This document shows positions 9,981 to 19,410 of a DNA stretch of 64,000 nt, piece after piece. The DNA is taken from positions 4,864,001 to 4,928,000 of the forward strand of contig OZ253564.1 in NCBI GenBank assembly GCA_965262915.1. Reading direction: 5' to 3'. The notes beneath the pieces are model-generated. The model saw only the letters and a list, made by a program, of their open reading frames with translations. It was not told the DNA's origin and ran no database searches. Made by a program: the position numbers and the translations under genes. This DNA is from Candidatus Spongiisociaceae bacterium (lineage in GTDB: Bacteria; Actinomycetota; Acidimicrobiia; Spongiisociales; Spongiisociaceae). Every line of letters begins with the position of its first letter. Within the stretch, counting starts at the first letter, position 1.

Positions 9981-11131
9981 TCCCGCTGCCGGCTCGCTTC
10001 ATCGGGACGGCCCGCTCCGGTGCGCCGGGCCGTAGGGGTACCGCAACCGTATTGCGCGCCACGATCCTCGCCGCGGTCCTGTGCTCGGCATGCTCCGGAC
10101 CCTCGGGGACGGAACCGGCCCTGCCGACGGTGACGGCGCCGGCGGTGCAGGAGGCGGCGCCCGCCACCGGACCGCCGCCACCGACCGAGCCCACCTCCGC
10201 CGCCGTAGCCGAAACCGGATCCGCCACCAGCACGAATCCCGTGCAGGCCGAAGAAACTACCGAGATCACAGCAGTCGCCGCGACGGAAACCGGATCCACT
10301 GCCACGTCGGTCCCCCAAACCCACCCGGCCGCCGGCCCCGGCACCACCTCCACGAGACCTGCGGATGCCGAAGGAACCACCGAGGTCACCGAGACCGCCG
10401 CCACCGCGGGCGGCTCGCCGAACCCCGGCACACGGGCGCTTCCGGCGATAAGGGTCCTTGCGACCCTGCCCCACGACTCCGGTGCGTTCACCCAAGGCCT
10501 GGTGGTGCGCGCCGGCCGGTTCTACGAGAGCACCGGTCTGTACGGCCGCTCGACGGTCCGGATCGTCGAGCCGGCCACCGGGAAGGTCGTCTCCTACGTG
10601 GCGCTGGGTGACGGGTACTTCGGCGAGGGCCTGGAGGTGGTGGGAGACCGGGTCGTCCAGCTGACCTGGAAGGAGGAGACCGCCTTCATCTGGGACGCCG
10701 GAACGCTGGAGTTGCTCGGAAGCTACGCCTACGAGGGAGAAGGCTGGGGGCTGTGCGCCTTTGCGGACCGGTTCGTGATGAGCAACGGCTCGTCGAGGCT
10801 CACCTTCCGTCATCTGGAGACGTTCGGGGTTATAGGCGGGGTGGACGTGCTGCTGGACGGTGAGCCGGTGGATCGGCTCAACGAACTCGAGTGCGTGGGG
10901 GATCTGGTGTACGCGAACGTGTGGCTCTCGGACCACATCGTGGTGATCGCCTCCGACTCGGGCCGGGTCGTGGCCCGAGTCGACGCGTCGCCTCTCCGGG
11001 GTGAGCTGTCGTCCAGCGACGGGATCGACGTCCTGAACGGGATCGCCTACGACCCGGACCGCCGGGTGTTCTATCTGACCGGCAAGCTCTGGCCGGAGAT
11101 CTTCGAGGTCCGGATCGGCGCCGGTCCGTAG
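9977..11131 (+). CDS. Glutaminyl-peptide cyclotransferase (lipoprotein with Thr/Ala/Pro-rich linker)
   Basis: PHD..AFTQGL, ESTGLYG, FGEG, EGWGL, LNELE, ANVW, VLNGIAYD, TGKLWP; lipobox-like SAC. Confidence 0.9.
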   Translation: MIPLPARFIGTARSGAPGRRGTATVLRATILAAVLCSACSGPSGTEPALPTVTAPAVQEAAPATGPPPPTEPTSAAVAETGSATSTNPVQAEETTEITAVAATETGSTATSVPQTHPAAGPGTTSTRPADAEGTTEVTETAATAGGSPNPGTRALPAIRVLATLPHDSGAFTQGLVVRAGRFYESTGLYGRSTVRIVEPATGKVVSYVALGDGYFGEGLEVVGDRVVQLTWKEETAFIWDAGTLELLGSYAYEGEGWGLCAFADRFVMSNGSSRLTFRHLETFGVIGGVDVLLDGEPVDRLNELECVGDLVYANVWLSDHIVVIASDSGRVVARVDASPLRGELSSSDGIDVLNGIAYDPDRRVFYLTGKLWPEIFEVRIGAGP

Positions 11132-11166
11132 GAGGGCGCTACGCGAACGTGGTCACCCGGTCATTC

Positions 11167-11595
11167 TCACGGCTCCGCATCGGCATAGTCCCCGGTCGGG
11201 ATGGCGGGAAGATCGAGTGAGAGGAACGACCGGGCCAGTGGGCCGATCTCGTAGAGCCATGCACCGACGTTGTAGCCCTGGTCGGTGGTGACTGCCACCG
11301 AGATGCGCACATACAGGTTGTCCCGGTGTTCACCCTCGGAACTGTATCCCTCGAGATGGTCGACATCGGCCAGCACCCGGTCGTAGTGGGAGGCCGTGGG
11401 CCACATGACTTCGACGACCAGCGCTGAGCCGGGGGCGCGGCGGGCGAACGGGATCCGGTCGACCGCCAACTCGTAACCGTCGACCACACCGGGAGCCTTG
11501 CGATCGATCCGGCCGGCGAGCAGCGCGTGGTTGCCGAACCCCGTCCGCAGGGTGCCGTACACGGCTAGGGGTAGCCGCTCAGGGGAGGCGAGCAT
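11167..11595 (-). CDS. Gamma-glutamylcyclotransferase family protein
   Basis: VYGTLR.G..NH and D.LEG motifs. Confidence 0.85.
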   Translation of the reverse strand: MLASPERLPLAVYGTLRTGFGNHALLAGRIDRKAPGVVDGYELAVDRIPFARRAPGSALVVEVMWPTASHYDRVLADVDHLEGYSSEGEHRDNLYVRISVAVTTDQGYNVGAWLYEIGPLARSFLSLDLPAIPTGDYADAEP

Positions 11596-11753
11596 CGCGA
11601 TCTCGGGCGCACGCCTTCTGCGTAGGTCGGGACGGATACCCGCTTCGGGCCCTCAGGTTCGGCACCGGCGGAGGGTGTACTGCGTCTCGCTGTACACCGT
11701 CTGGTCATGGATCATCTTGTTGTGGATCGGCGGCCGATCCTCTCGGACCAGGG

Positions 11754-12230
11754 TTACGACGGGACGGGACATGCAGCCAGCCGGTAGGTTCGGAGGCGCC
11801 CGCGCAGCGTGTACAGCAGCAACCCGATGGCCGCCAGGCCGACGACGGGTTGTACAGGCGCCCACCATGCCAGGGCGCCGGAGGTGCCCACCAGGGCCAC
11901 GACGGCCTGGTTGCAGACAGGGCACCCCACGGCGAGGAACGAGGTGAACCCGCCCCAGATGGTTCGCCGGTCGTCCCGATCGCGGTCCCGAGCCATCCCG
12001 GCCGAGTCGGAGGCCGGCGGCCGGATGGCGAGGATCAGCCCGATCAGCGCCGCGGTGACGACCAGGATCACGTAGTCGATCCACCGCGTCTCGACCGGCC
12101 GTCCGAAGATGGGCGTGTCGATGAGGTCGGAGGGCACGGCTATCAGGACGGCCGCAGCAGCCGAATACAGCACGGCCCTCAACCAGTTGGCTGAGGGCAT
12201 GGACGACAACTCCCGGATCACAGTCGGCAT
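11754..12230 (-). CDS. Hypothetical membrane protein with GCPVCN motif
   Basis: Four hydrophobic segments, CxxC, C-terminal ACPV. Confidence 0.7.
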   Translation of the reverse strand: MPTVIRELSSMPSANWLRAVLYSAAAAVLIAVPSDLIDTPIFGRPVETRWIDYVILVVTAALIGLILAIRPPASDSAGMARDRDRDDRRTIWGGFTSFLAVGCPVCNQAVVALVGTSGALAWWAPVQPVVGLAAIGLLLYTLRGRLRTYRLAACPVPS

Positions 12231-12539
12231 GCTATCGCCCTCCGCTCCGGTACCGTGACGAGTCGTCCGCCGGCCCAGGCAGGGCAACTGCGGATGTGGA
12301 CCACACGACTAGCGGTCGGCGCCCGTGGTCTGTCTGTGAAATGGCGGCGGGGCATGCGCCAAGCAGGACACGGCAGGTTGTTCTTGCAGACAGACCACTT
12401 GGTGCACGACCCTCTGCCGATCGCCCGGCTCCGGCTCTCAGGCGGGTATCGCCGTCCGGCGGGGGCCGCCCGTTGGTGTAATCGCCTCACACACCCCTAG
12501 AATCAGGAACGCCACTCGTGCATCATGTCATGCATGTGG

Positions 12540-12625
12540 CTCCCACCAAAACGATCCTGCACCCGCGGAGGGTGCCTTCCCGGACCGAGGTGCTTCGGTC
12601 GGGATGTCCGAAGGAGGTGATGCGC
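12540..12625 (+). promoter_or_regulatory. Structured rpsF leader (candidate S6:S18 autoregulatory element)
   Basis: Hairpins gcaccc/gggtgc and ccgag..ttcgg immediately before SD aaggaggtg. The position matches known S6:S18 leaders. Confidence 0.4.
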
Positions 12626-12629
12626 CCCG

Positions 12630-12959
12630 ATGCGCACGTACGAGTTGATGACCATCCACCGGCCCGAGATGGCCGAAGCCGACGCCCGAAGGCAGTCACA
12701 GATCCTCAAGAGGTTCCTCACCGAGGTGGGGGCTTCGGTCTCGGATATCGACTTCTGGGGCAAGCGCCGCTTGGCCTACGAGATCGACAAGGCCACCGAG
12801 GGCTACTACACGGTGTTGACCTTCGAAGGGGAACCACACCATGTCACGGCCCTGGACAGGGCGCTGTCACTATCCGACCCGGTGATGCGGCACAAGATCA
12901 TCCGGCCCGAAGTCCGGCCGGCGCGCGCCGCCCGCAGCAAGGACAGGCGCGGGAAGTAA
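12630..12959 (+). CDS. rpsF: 30S ribosomal protein S6
   Basis: MRTYELM..., WGKRRLAYEIDK..EGYY. Confidence 0.97.
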   Translation: MRTYELMTIHRPEMAEADARRQSQILKRFLTEVGASVSDIDFWGKRRLAYEIDKATEGYYTVLTFEGEPHHVTALDRALSLSDPVMRHKIIRPEVRPARAARSKDRRGK

Positions 12960-13032
12960 CGGCTGTCACACCCGGAGGGCATAGTGACATGACACGAGCG
13001 AAGCAAGACGAGTACGAGAGATAGGAAAACCT

Positions 13033-13491
13033 ATGCCAGACAACACAGTGACGGTGGTCGGCAATCTGGTGGAGGATCCTGAGCTGCGGTTCACTCCATC
13101 CGGGTTGGCAATGGCCAAGCTCCGCCTGGCGGTCAACCGGCGGTGGATGGACCGGAACACCAACGAGTGGAAGGAAGAGGCCAGCTTCTTCACCGCAACC
13201 TGCTGGCGGGAGATGGCCGAGAACGTGTCGGAGTCTTTGCGGAAGGGATCCCGGGTGCTGGTCAACGGCCGCCTCCAGCAGCGTTCCTGGGAAACGCAGG
13301 AGGGCGAGCGCCGCTCGGTGATCGAGATCACCATCGACGAGATAGGCCCCAGCCTCCGCTGGGCCACCGCATCGGTGACCCGAACACCCAGGCGGGGCGG
13401 CGACAACTGGGGTGCGAGCAGCCGACCGGCAGCCCAGCCACCGGGTCCGGTGGCGCGCGAGACCTACGGGCCGGACGAGGCCCCCTTCTAG
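13033..13491 (+). CDS. ssb: Single-stranded DNA-binding protein
   Basis: VGNL..DPELRFTPSG, EIGPSLRWA, C-terminal DEAPF. Confidence 0.97.
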   Translation: MPDNTVTVVGNLVEDPELRFTPSGLAMAKLRLAVNRRWMDRNTNEWKEEASFFTATCWREMAENVSESLRKGSRVLVNGRLQQRSWETQEGERRSVIEITIDEIGPSLRWATASVTRTPRRGGDNWGASSRPAAQPPGPVARETYGPDEAPF

Positions 13492-13506
13492 AAGGAGTCG
13501 AGGAAC

Positions 13507-13791
13507 ATGGCACGAAGAACCCCCACCCGGCGTAGGCGGCGCTCCCGAGCCCCGAAGACGATCCGTAAGCGAGCCTGCCCCGGCTGCAGCCAGATGAAGT
13601 GCGACAACACCCGGGTTCCTTACGTCGACTACAAGGACCTGGCTACCTTGCGCCGCTTCATCTCGGACCGTGGAAAGATCCGCTCCCGCCGGGTGACCGG
13701 TGCATGCGCCCAGTACCAGCGCCGGGTGGCCACCGCTATCAAGAACGCTCGCGAGCTGGCGCTGCTGCCGTACGCGGGTAGCCATCGATGA
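13507..13791 (+). CDS. rpsR: 30S ribosomal protein S18 (Zn-ribbon type)
   Basis: [22 protein letters not shown]...QR...AIKNARE.ALLPY. Confidence 0.96.
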   Translation: MARRTPTRRRRRSRAPKTIRKRACPGCSQMKCDNTRVPYVDYKDLATLRRFISDRGKIRSRRVTGACAQYQRRVATAIKNARELALLPYAGSHR

Positions 13792-14234
13792 AGCTCATCC
13801 TCACCTCCAAGGTCGCGGGCCTGGGCACCAAGGGTGATGTCGTCGAAGTGACGACGGGGTACGGGCGCAACTACCTGCTACCGCAGAGGCTGGCGGTCAA
13901 GGCGACCCGGGGCGCCGTCAATCAGATCGTGGAAGCCCGCCGGGCGACGGAAGCGGCCCGGCGGCGGGAGCTCGATGCCGCCGACAACCTGCGCCTCCAG
14001 CTCTCGGAGACCCGGATCGTCATCGCCGCCCAAGTGACCGACGAGGGCAGGTTGTTCGGCTCGATAGGCATAACCGAAGTCATCGATGCGGTCCGCAGCC
14101 TTTCCGGCGTCAAGCTGGAGCGGAAGATGATCACTCTTCCGGAATCGATCAAGACCATCGGCTTCCACGAGGTGAAGATCACCCTGGACCGGGAGGTCGA
14201 GGTCCGTCTGACCCTCGACGTGATACCGGCCTAG
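13788..14234 (+). CDS. rplI: 50S ribosomal protein L9
   Basis: [25 protein letters not shown]. Confidence 0.97.
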   Translation: MKLILTSKVAGLGTKGDVVEVTTGYGRNYLLPQRLAVKATRGAVNQIVEARRATEAARRRELDAADNLRLQLSETRIVIAAQVTDEGRLFGSIGITEVIDAVRSLSGVKLERKMITLPESIKTIGFHEVKITLDREVEVRLTLDVIPA

Positions 14235-14703
14235 GAGAGTGCTGAGAAACCGCCGGCGGCGGGCTCCCGATCGGTAGCGTAACCTCGGGCCGGTCGGCGA
14301 CGGACCCCGGTACACGTCGTTGTTCGGCGCCTTCCCTACACGCACCGGGAACCCGGTCTCCGGTAGCAGCTTCGGCAGAACGTCAAATTAAGCTCCCCCA
14401 ACCGGCCCCCGGCGGTGGTCAGAACCGCTTAGGCTGGTGCCTGCTCGGGCGATAGCGGCGGAGACTGCTTCCGGTCGACTCGCTACGAGCTTCCCCAGCC
14501 AGTCACTTCCCACTTCCCCAGGTGACTTCCCCACCGAAAGTAACAGCGTTCCCGCCTGCGCGGACCAACATAGGACGGCACGGCAGGATCGCACGACCGA
14601 GAGTGTCACACCCTCGTGGCACTCTTGATCCAGGACGAATGGCTCAGGAGGGGCAGCGGATGAGGAAGGGCAGACAGGGGAACCCTGCCATGGAGGAGCG
14701 GCG

Positions 14704-16092
14704 ATGACGCTGGCCGAGCGAGCGGCGGGTCCGACCATCGCGAGGCGCCAGATGGCACCCCCCCACAGCGCCGAGGCGGAAGAGTCGGTGATCGGTGCCG
14801 TATTGCGATCCCCGCCGACGGCCGACGATGTCTTCGACCGGTTGGCGACCGAGGACTTCTACATTCCCGCCCACCGCACGATCTTCACGGCGATGCAGCG
14901 TCTCTACGAGGAGAACCAGCCCATCGACACGGTGACCGTGGTCGACCGGTTGCACCGGGGAGGCGAACTGGATAAGGCGGGCGGAACCGGTTTCGTGGTC
15001 GGGTTCTGGGATGCGGTTCCCAGCGCCGCCAACGTGGACTACTACGCCCGGGTGGTCGAGGAACACTCGCTTCGCAGGAGGATGCTCAGGGCCAGCAACA
15101 AGATCGCCGAGCTGGCAATGGACCTGGATGTGGAGGTCGACGTCGTGCTCGACCAGGCCGAGCAGGCAATGCTGGCGGTGGCCGAGAAGCGGGTGGGTGA
15201 AGGCTTGGAGGTGCTGGGGGGCCTGCTGTCGAAGGTGCTGGAGAGGCTCGAGCAGGTGGAGAGCGAAGGGTTGCAGGTCACCGGCCTCCCGACGGGCCTG
15301 GTCGACCTGGACGATAAGCTGGGAGGCCTGCAGCCGGCCACCCTGGTGGTGGTGGCCGGGCGTCCGGGGATGGGCAAGAGCGCCCTGGCGATGAACATCG
15401 CCAGCCATGTGGCCATCGAAAACGGACCGGTGGCGTTCTTCAGCATGGAGATGTCCCCGATGGAGATCGCCTACCGCTGGCTGGGATCCCAGGCGAGGGT
15501 GGACTCGATGAAGCTGCGGTCCGGTCTCGGGGGAGGCGATTCGGCTCGTATATGGGGGGCCCTCGTCGAGGCGACCGCCCGCCTGTACAAGGTACCTCTG
15601 CACGGCGACGACGGATCGCGGACGGTCACCGATATCAGGGCCAAGTGCCGCCGCCTCAAGCGCAAGGCCGGGCTGAAGCTGGTGGTCGTGGACTACATGC
15701 AGTTGATGCACGGGCGCAGCCGTGAGAACCGCCAGCAGGAGATAGCCGAGATCAGCCTCAACCTCAAGTCTCTGGCCAGGGAGCTGAATGTGCCGGTGAT
15801 CGCGGTCTCCCAGCTCAACAGGGCGCTGGAATCCCGCGCCGACAAGCGACCCCAGCTGGGCGACCTGCGCGAGTCGGGAGCCATCGAGCAGGACGCCGAC
15901 GTGGTCCTCATGATCTACCGCGACGAGTACTACAACCCGGAATCACCTGAGCGGGGTATGGCCGACATCATCATCGCCAAGCAGCGAGCCGGCCCCACCG
16001 GGGTGGTCAAGACCACCTTCGCCGACAAGTACACCCGCTTCGACAACCTTCCCCACGGCTACACGAAAACGATGCCCCCGACACGGTCGTAG
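14704..16092 (+). CDS. dnaB: Replicative DNA helicase
   Basis: PPHS.EAE.SV.G, Walker A GRPGMGKS, VDYMQLM, SQLNR, DLRESGAIEQDAD; no intein. Confidence 0.97.
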   Translation: MTLAERAAGPTIARRQMAPPHSAEAEESVIGAVLRSPPTADDVFDRLATEDFYIPAHRTIFTAMQRLYEENQPIDTVTVVDRLHRGGELDKAGGTGFVVGFWDAVPSAANVDYYARVVEEHSLRRRMLRASNKIAELAMDLDVEVDVVLDQAEQAMLAVAEKRVGEGLEVLGGLLSKVLERLEQVESEGLQVTGLPTGLVDLDDKLGGLQPATLVVVAGRPGMGKSALAMNIASHVAIENGPVAFFSMEMSPMEIAYRWLGSQARVDSMKLRSGLGGGDSARIWGALVEATARLYKVPLHGDDGSRTVTDIRAKCRRLKRKAGLKLVVVDYMQLMHGRSRENRQQEIAEISLNLKSLARELNVPVIAVSQLNRALESRADKRPQLGDLRESGAIEQDADVVLMIYRDEYYNPESPERGMADIIIAKQRAGPTGVVKTTFADKYTRFDNLPHGYTKTMPPTRS

Positions 16093-16114
16093 GGTGCTGC
16101 CGCCCCACACGGGC

Positions 16115-17119
16115 TCAGGCGTGGATCTCGATGCGATCTCCGTCACGCAGCGGGAAGGCTCGTCCTATGCGCCGATCGGGTTGACCCGGTCGGATCAGAC
16201 GGGCGAACTTGAGATCCCGGGCAAAATCCTTGTGGATCAGAGCGGCCACATCGAGAAGCGTCTGGCCGCGCCGGATGGTATAGGGGCGGTCGTCCGGCTT
16301 CTTGGCGGCGGACTTCGTATACACCCGCACCACTCCGAGCGCGTCGAAGAGCCAGACACCCAGGTGGTCGATCTCCCCCGCCGTCACCGAGGCCCGGAGA
16401 ACCGGGAGTTCCAGGTCGAGGAGCTCGAGAAGCACTTCGGCCTCTTCCTCCACTGCCTCGACGAGGTCCGCCTTGGCAGCTACCACCGCGGTCGGGAGGA
16501 GCTTGGCGAAGGGGTCGTCCGGATCCGACGCCTCCTCCGCTCCTCTCGGCCATTCCCGGATCAGGAATACCCGGCGCTCGGCCAGCAGCCGTACCAGTTC
16601 GTCGACGGCCGTGACGCATTCCGCCTGGGAGAGATCGACCACCAGCAGCGCCCCGTCGGCCGGCTGGAGGGCGTTGCCGATCCACGGCATCGGGTGCTCC
16701 TCGGCCACCGGAGGAAGGTCCACCAGCTGGATACCGACATCGCCCACCGGAACCATCCCCGGCTGCGGGAACTGGGTGGTGAAGGGATAGGCGCCGACGG
16801 TGGCTCCCGATCCGGTCAGTGCGTCGTGAAGGGAGGACTTGCCACTGTTGGGAGGCCCTAGGAGCGCCACCTGTCCCGCACCTTCAGGGCGGATCGTGAA
16901 GATCGGACCCCCGCGCGACCCTGCCTTTCTGGGGGCCGCCAACTCCTCGGCCAGTTCCTTCATCTTGGTCTTGATACCGGCCTGCAGGTGCTCGGTGCCC
17001 TTGTGCTTGGGGATAGTGCGCAGCATCCCGCGCAGCGCCACCAAGCGGTCCCGCGGTTCCCGGGCCACCTTGTAGTCGGCCTCCGCCTTCTTGTACTCGG
17101 GCGTAACGTTGGTTGGCAT
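16115..17119 (-). CDS. DRG/OBG-type GTPase with C-terminal TGS domain
   Basis: IPKHKGTEHL, GPPNSGKS, YPFTT, DLP, RVYTK, IH.D, L.DGD.IE. Confidence 0.85.
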   Translation of the reverse strand: MPTNVTPEYKKAEADYKVAREPRDRLVALRGMLRTIPKHKGTEHLQAGIKTKMKELAEELAAPRKAGSRGGPIFTIRPEGAGQVALLGPPNSGKSSLHDALTGSGATVGAYPFTTQFPQPGMVPVGDVGIQLVDLPPVAEEHPMPWIGNALQPADGALLVVDLSQAECVTAVDELVRLLAERRVFLIREWPRGAEEASDPDDPFAKLLPTAVVAAKADLVEAVEEEAEVLLELLDLELPVLRASVTAGEIDHLGVWLFDALGVVRVYTKSAAKKPDDRPYTIRRGQTLLDVAALIHKDFARDLKFARLIRPGQPDRRIGRAFPLRDGDRIEIHA

Positions 17120-17245
17120 ACCGCCCTAATCATGCCTCAGAGAGAGCCGCTCGGCACGGTACTTCCGCCTCCCCGACCCGGAATCCCCGGATGGCCGGGC
17201 CGGGTCCGCACCCGGAGAGCCGGACGGGACGTATGCTCAAGCGCG

Positions 17246-18040
17246 ATGTTCGAGGAATTGTCCGAAGGTGTGTTCCGGCGCCTGTTCCCGTTTCTCCGGT
17301 TGAACATCGGGGTGGTGATCGGGGAGGACGGCGTCCTGCTGATCGATACCCGCGAGAGCCATGAGGCGGCCGCCGAGCTGGCCGGGGAACTCCGTACCCT
17401 CACCCCCAGACCGGTACGGTGGATCGTCAACACCCACTGGCACTGGGACCACGTCTTCGGTAACGCGACATTCCCCCAGGCCGCAATCTGGGGACACCGG
17501 TCGTGCCGGAGGGCGCTGCGGGACAACCCCGATCAGCACCGCAGGGACGCCCGCAAGTGGATGCCCGAGGCGCGCTTCGACGAAATCGAGCGGGTGCAGA
17601 TCGTCCCGCCCGGCAACACCTTCGAGGCCCTCACTTCGATCGATGTCGGCGGCAGGAAGGTGGAGGCGGCCTACCACGGGAGGGGTCACACCGACGCCGA
17701 CATCCTGATCCACTGCGGAGAGGTCACTTTCGTGGGCGATCTGGTGGAGCAGGGCGCCCCGCCCAATATGGGCGACTCCTACCCCTTCGACTGGCCCGCC
17801 ACCCTCACCGCCGCCCTCCGGACCCTCCGGCCCATCGTCGTCCCCGGCCACGGCGAGTTGCTCGCTCCGGCCGGCATCGAGGCGGAGCAGCGCAAGATGG
17901 AGCAGGTGGCCGAGAGGCTCCGCCAGATCCTTCACGAAGGGCATCCGGTCGACGAGGCCGTACGCAGCGGACCCCTACCCGAAGTCGACATGCGCCAAGC
18001 CCTTGCCCGGGCTCGGCAAGGCCGCGGGAACCTCGACTAA
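17246..18040 (+). CDS. MBL-fold metallo-hydrolase
   Basis: NTHWHWDHVFGN, GHT, GD, PGHG; start follows TATGCT. Confidence 0.88.
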   Translation: MFEELSEGVFRRLFPFLRLNIGVVIGEDGVLLIDTRESHEAAAELAGELRTLTPRPVRWIVNTHWHWDHVFGNATFPQAAIWGHRSCRRALRDNPDQHRRDARKWMPEARFDEIERVQIVPPGNTFEALTSIDVGGRKVEAAYHGRGHTDADILIHCGEVTFVGDLVEQGAPPNMGDSYPFDWPATLTAALRTLRPIVVPGHGELLAPAGIEAEQRKMEQVAERLRQILHEGHPVDEAVRSGPLPEVDMRQALARARQGRGNLD

Positions 18041-18258
18041 CGAGCGCAAACCTGATGGCCGTGCGGAGGCCGACTCTTTGCACCTGATGTCTGGCGAAGA
18101 CCCCGAACCGCCGGTCGAACGACACTTCGTGCGCACACCTCTGCTCAGGGAAGCACCACAAGATCCGCCCGGCCCGGCCACCGAGGGGCTCCGACACTCC
18201 ATACCGGTTGTCCCCGACGCCACCACTGCCCGGACTGGGCTAGGGAGGGTGCTCCTAG

Positions 18259-18822
18259 CTAGCGGAAGTTCTCGTGGATCCGGGAAGCGGTGGGACCGCG
18301 CTGGCCCTGGTACTTGGAACCGGCCCCCAGCGACCCGTAGGGATGCTCGGCGGGACTGGACAGTTGGTAGAAGCTGACCTGGCCGATCAGCATTCCCGGA
18401 TAGATGGCGATCGGAAGGTTGGCGACGTTGGCCAGCTCCAGGGTCAGGTATCCGTCGAATCCGGGATCCACGAACCCGGCCGTGGAATGGATCAGGAGCC
18501 CGATCCGCCCCAGGCTGGACTTGCCTTCCAGGCGTGCGACAACATCGTCGGCGAGCTTTATACGTTCGTAGGTCGAGCCGAGCACGAACTCGCCCGGATG
18601 CAGGATGAACCTCCCGTCGGGCTCCACCGCCATCTCCTTGGTGAGGTCGGGCTGGTAGGTCTTCGGGTCGATGAACGGGTACAGGTGGTTCTCGAAGACC
18701 CTGAACACCCGGTCCACCCGCAGGTCCACCGACGAAGGCTGGACCTGGGCCTCGACGTAGGGATCGATCCCGATCCGCCCGGCCTCGATTGCCGTCTTGA
18801 TGTCCCGGTCCGAAAGAATCAC
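18259..18822 (-). CDS. dcd: dCTP deaminase
   Basis: [46 protein letters not shown]. Confidence 0.96.
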   Translation of the reverse strand: MILSDRDIKTAIEAGRIGIDPYVEAQVQPSSVDLRVDRVFRVFENHLYPFIDPKTYQPDLTKEMAVEPDGRFILHPGEFVLGSTYERIKLADDVVARLEGKSSLGRIGLLIHSTAGFVDPGFDGYLTLELANVANLPIAIYPGMLIGQVSFYQLSSPAEHPYGSLGAGSKYQGQRGPTASRIHENFR

Positions 18823-18889
18823 CTACGCGCTCCCGATAGTCGGGCGGTGGAACACGGGACGGCCGCGGCTGGTCCGTCGGGGGAAGGGG

Positions 18890-18960
18890 AGCGGGTGAGG
18901 GGAATTGAACCCCCGTTCTCAGCTTGGGAAGCTGATGTTCTACCACTGAACTACACCCGC
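18890..18960 (-). tRNA. tRNA-Gly (CCC), CCA not encoded
   Basis: Reverse complement GCGGGTGTAGTTCAGTGGTAGAACATCAGCTTCCCAAGCTGAGAACGGGGGTTCAATTCCCCTCACCCGCT folds as a cloverleaf; anticodon CCC, discriminator U. Confidence 0.96.
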
Positions 18961-19027
18961 CGGCGGATCACGATGGTAGCGGCGGGCACCGAACCCCGCA
19001 TCCCGCTCGGCGAGGCCCGCGCGTGGT

Positions 19028-19243
19028 TCACCGGACGAGGCCGACGATCCCCCAGACGCTGATGACGAGGCCGACCACCAGCAGGAAGCGGGCTCTGCCC
19101 GGCCGGTACACGCCCCGGAAACCCTTGGGACCCTCTCCCCGAGAGTGCTTCCACATCGCGAATCCGTTACCGAAGACCATCGCCAGGCCCATAGCGGCCA
19201 TCAACTGTGCGAGCAGGCTGTCCAATCCGAGAATGTCCGCCAT
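19028..19243 (-). CDS. Small two-TM hypothetical protein
   Basis: 71 aa with two hydrophobic helices; fills the gap between tRNA and CDF. Confidence 0.7.
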   Translation of the reverse strand: MADILGLDSLLAQLMAAMGLAMVFGNGFAMWKHSRGEGPKGFRGVYRPGRARFLLVVGLVISVWGIVGLVR

Positions 19244-19410
19244 GCCGACCTACCGTGGGATAATGCTGAGAAACGACCGCTGCTGCCGGATCGTTGCTCA
19301 CCGACCAGGCATCTTAGCCTTGAGCGGCTGACCGCCCGAATATCGCTCGACTCTCACCCAGCCACCGCGCTATCTGCGCCGAAGGTCGCTGATCCTCGTA
19401 CACTGCGGGC

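Noticed and set aside
14704-16092. Intein in DnaB
   Set aside because: Normal length (462 aa) with contiguous motifs.
18040-18259. Possible ncRNA or group II intron remnant between convergent genes
   Set aside because: No convincing domain V/VI consensus and no second copy.
17975-18946. 323-aa ORF starting inside the tRNA
   Set aside because: It overlaps tRNA-Gly and dcd out of frame; spurious.
18890-18960. tRNA-Gly as an island attachment site
   Set aside because: No adjacent integrase, no duplicated tRNA 3' end noticed, and dcd follows directly.
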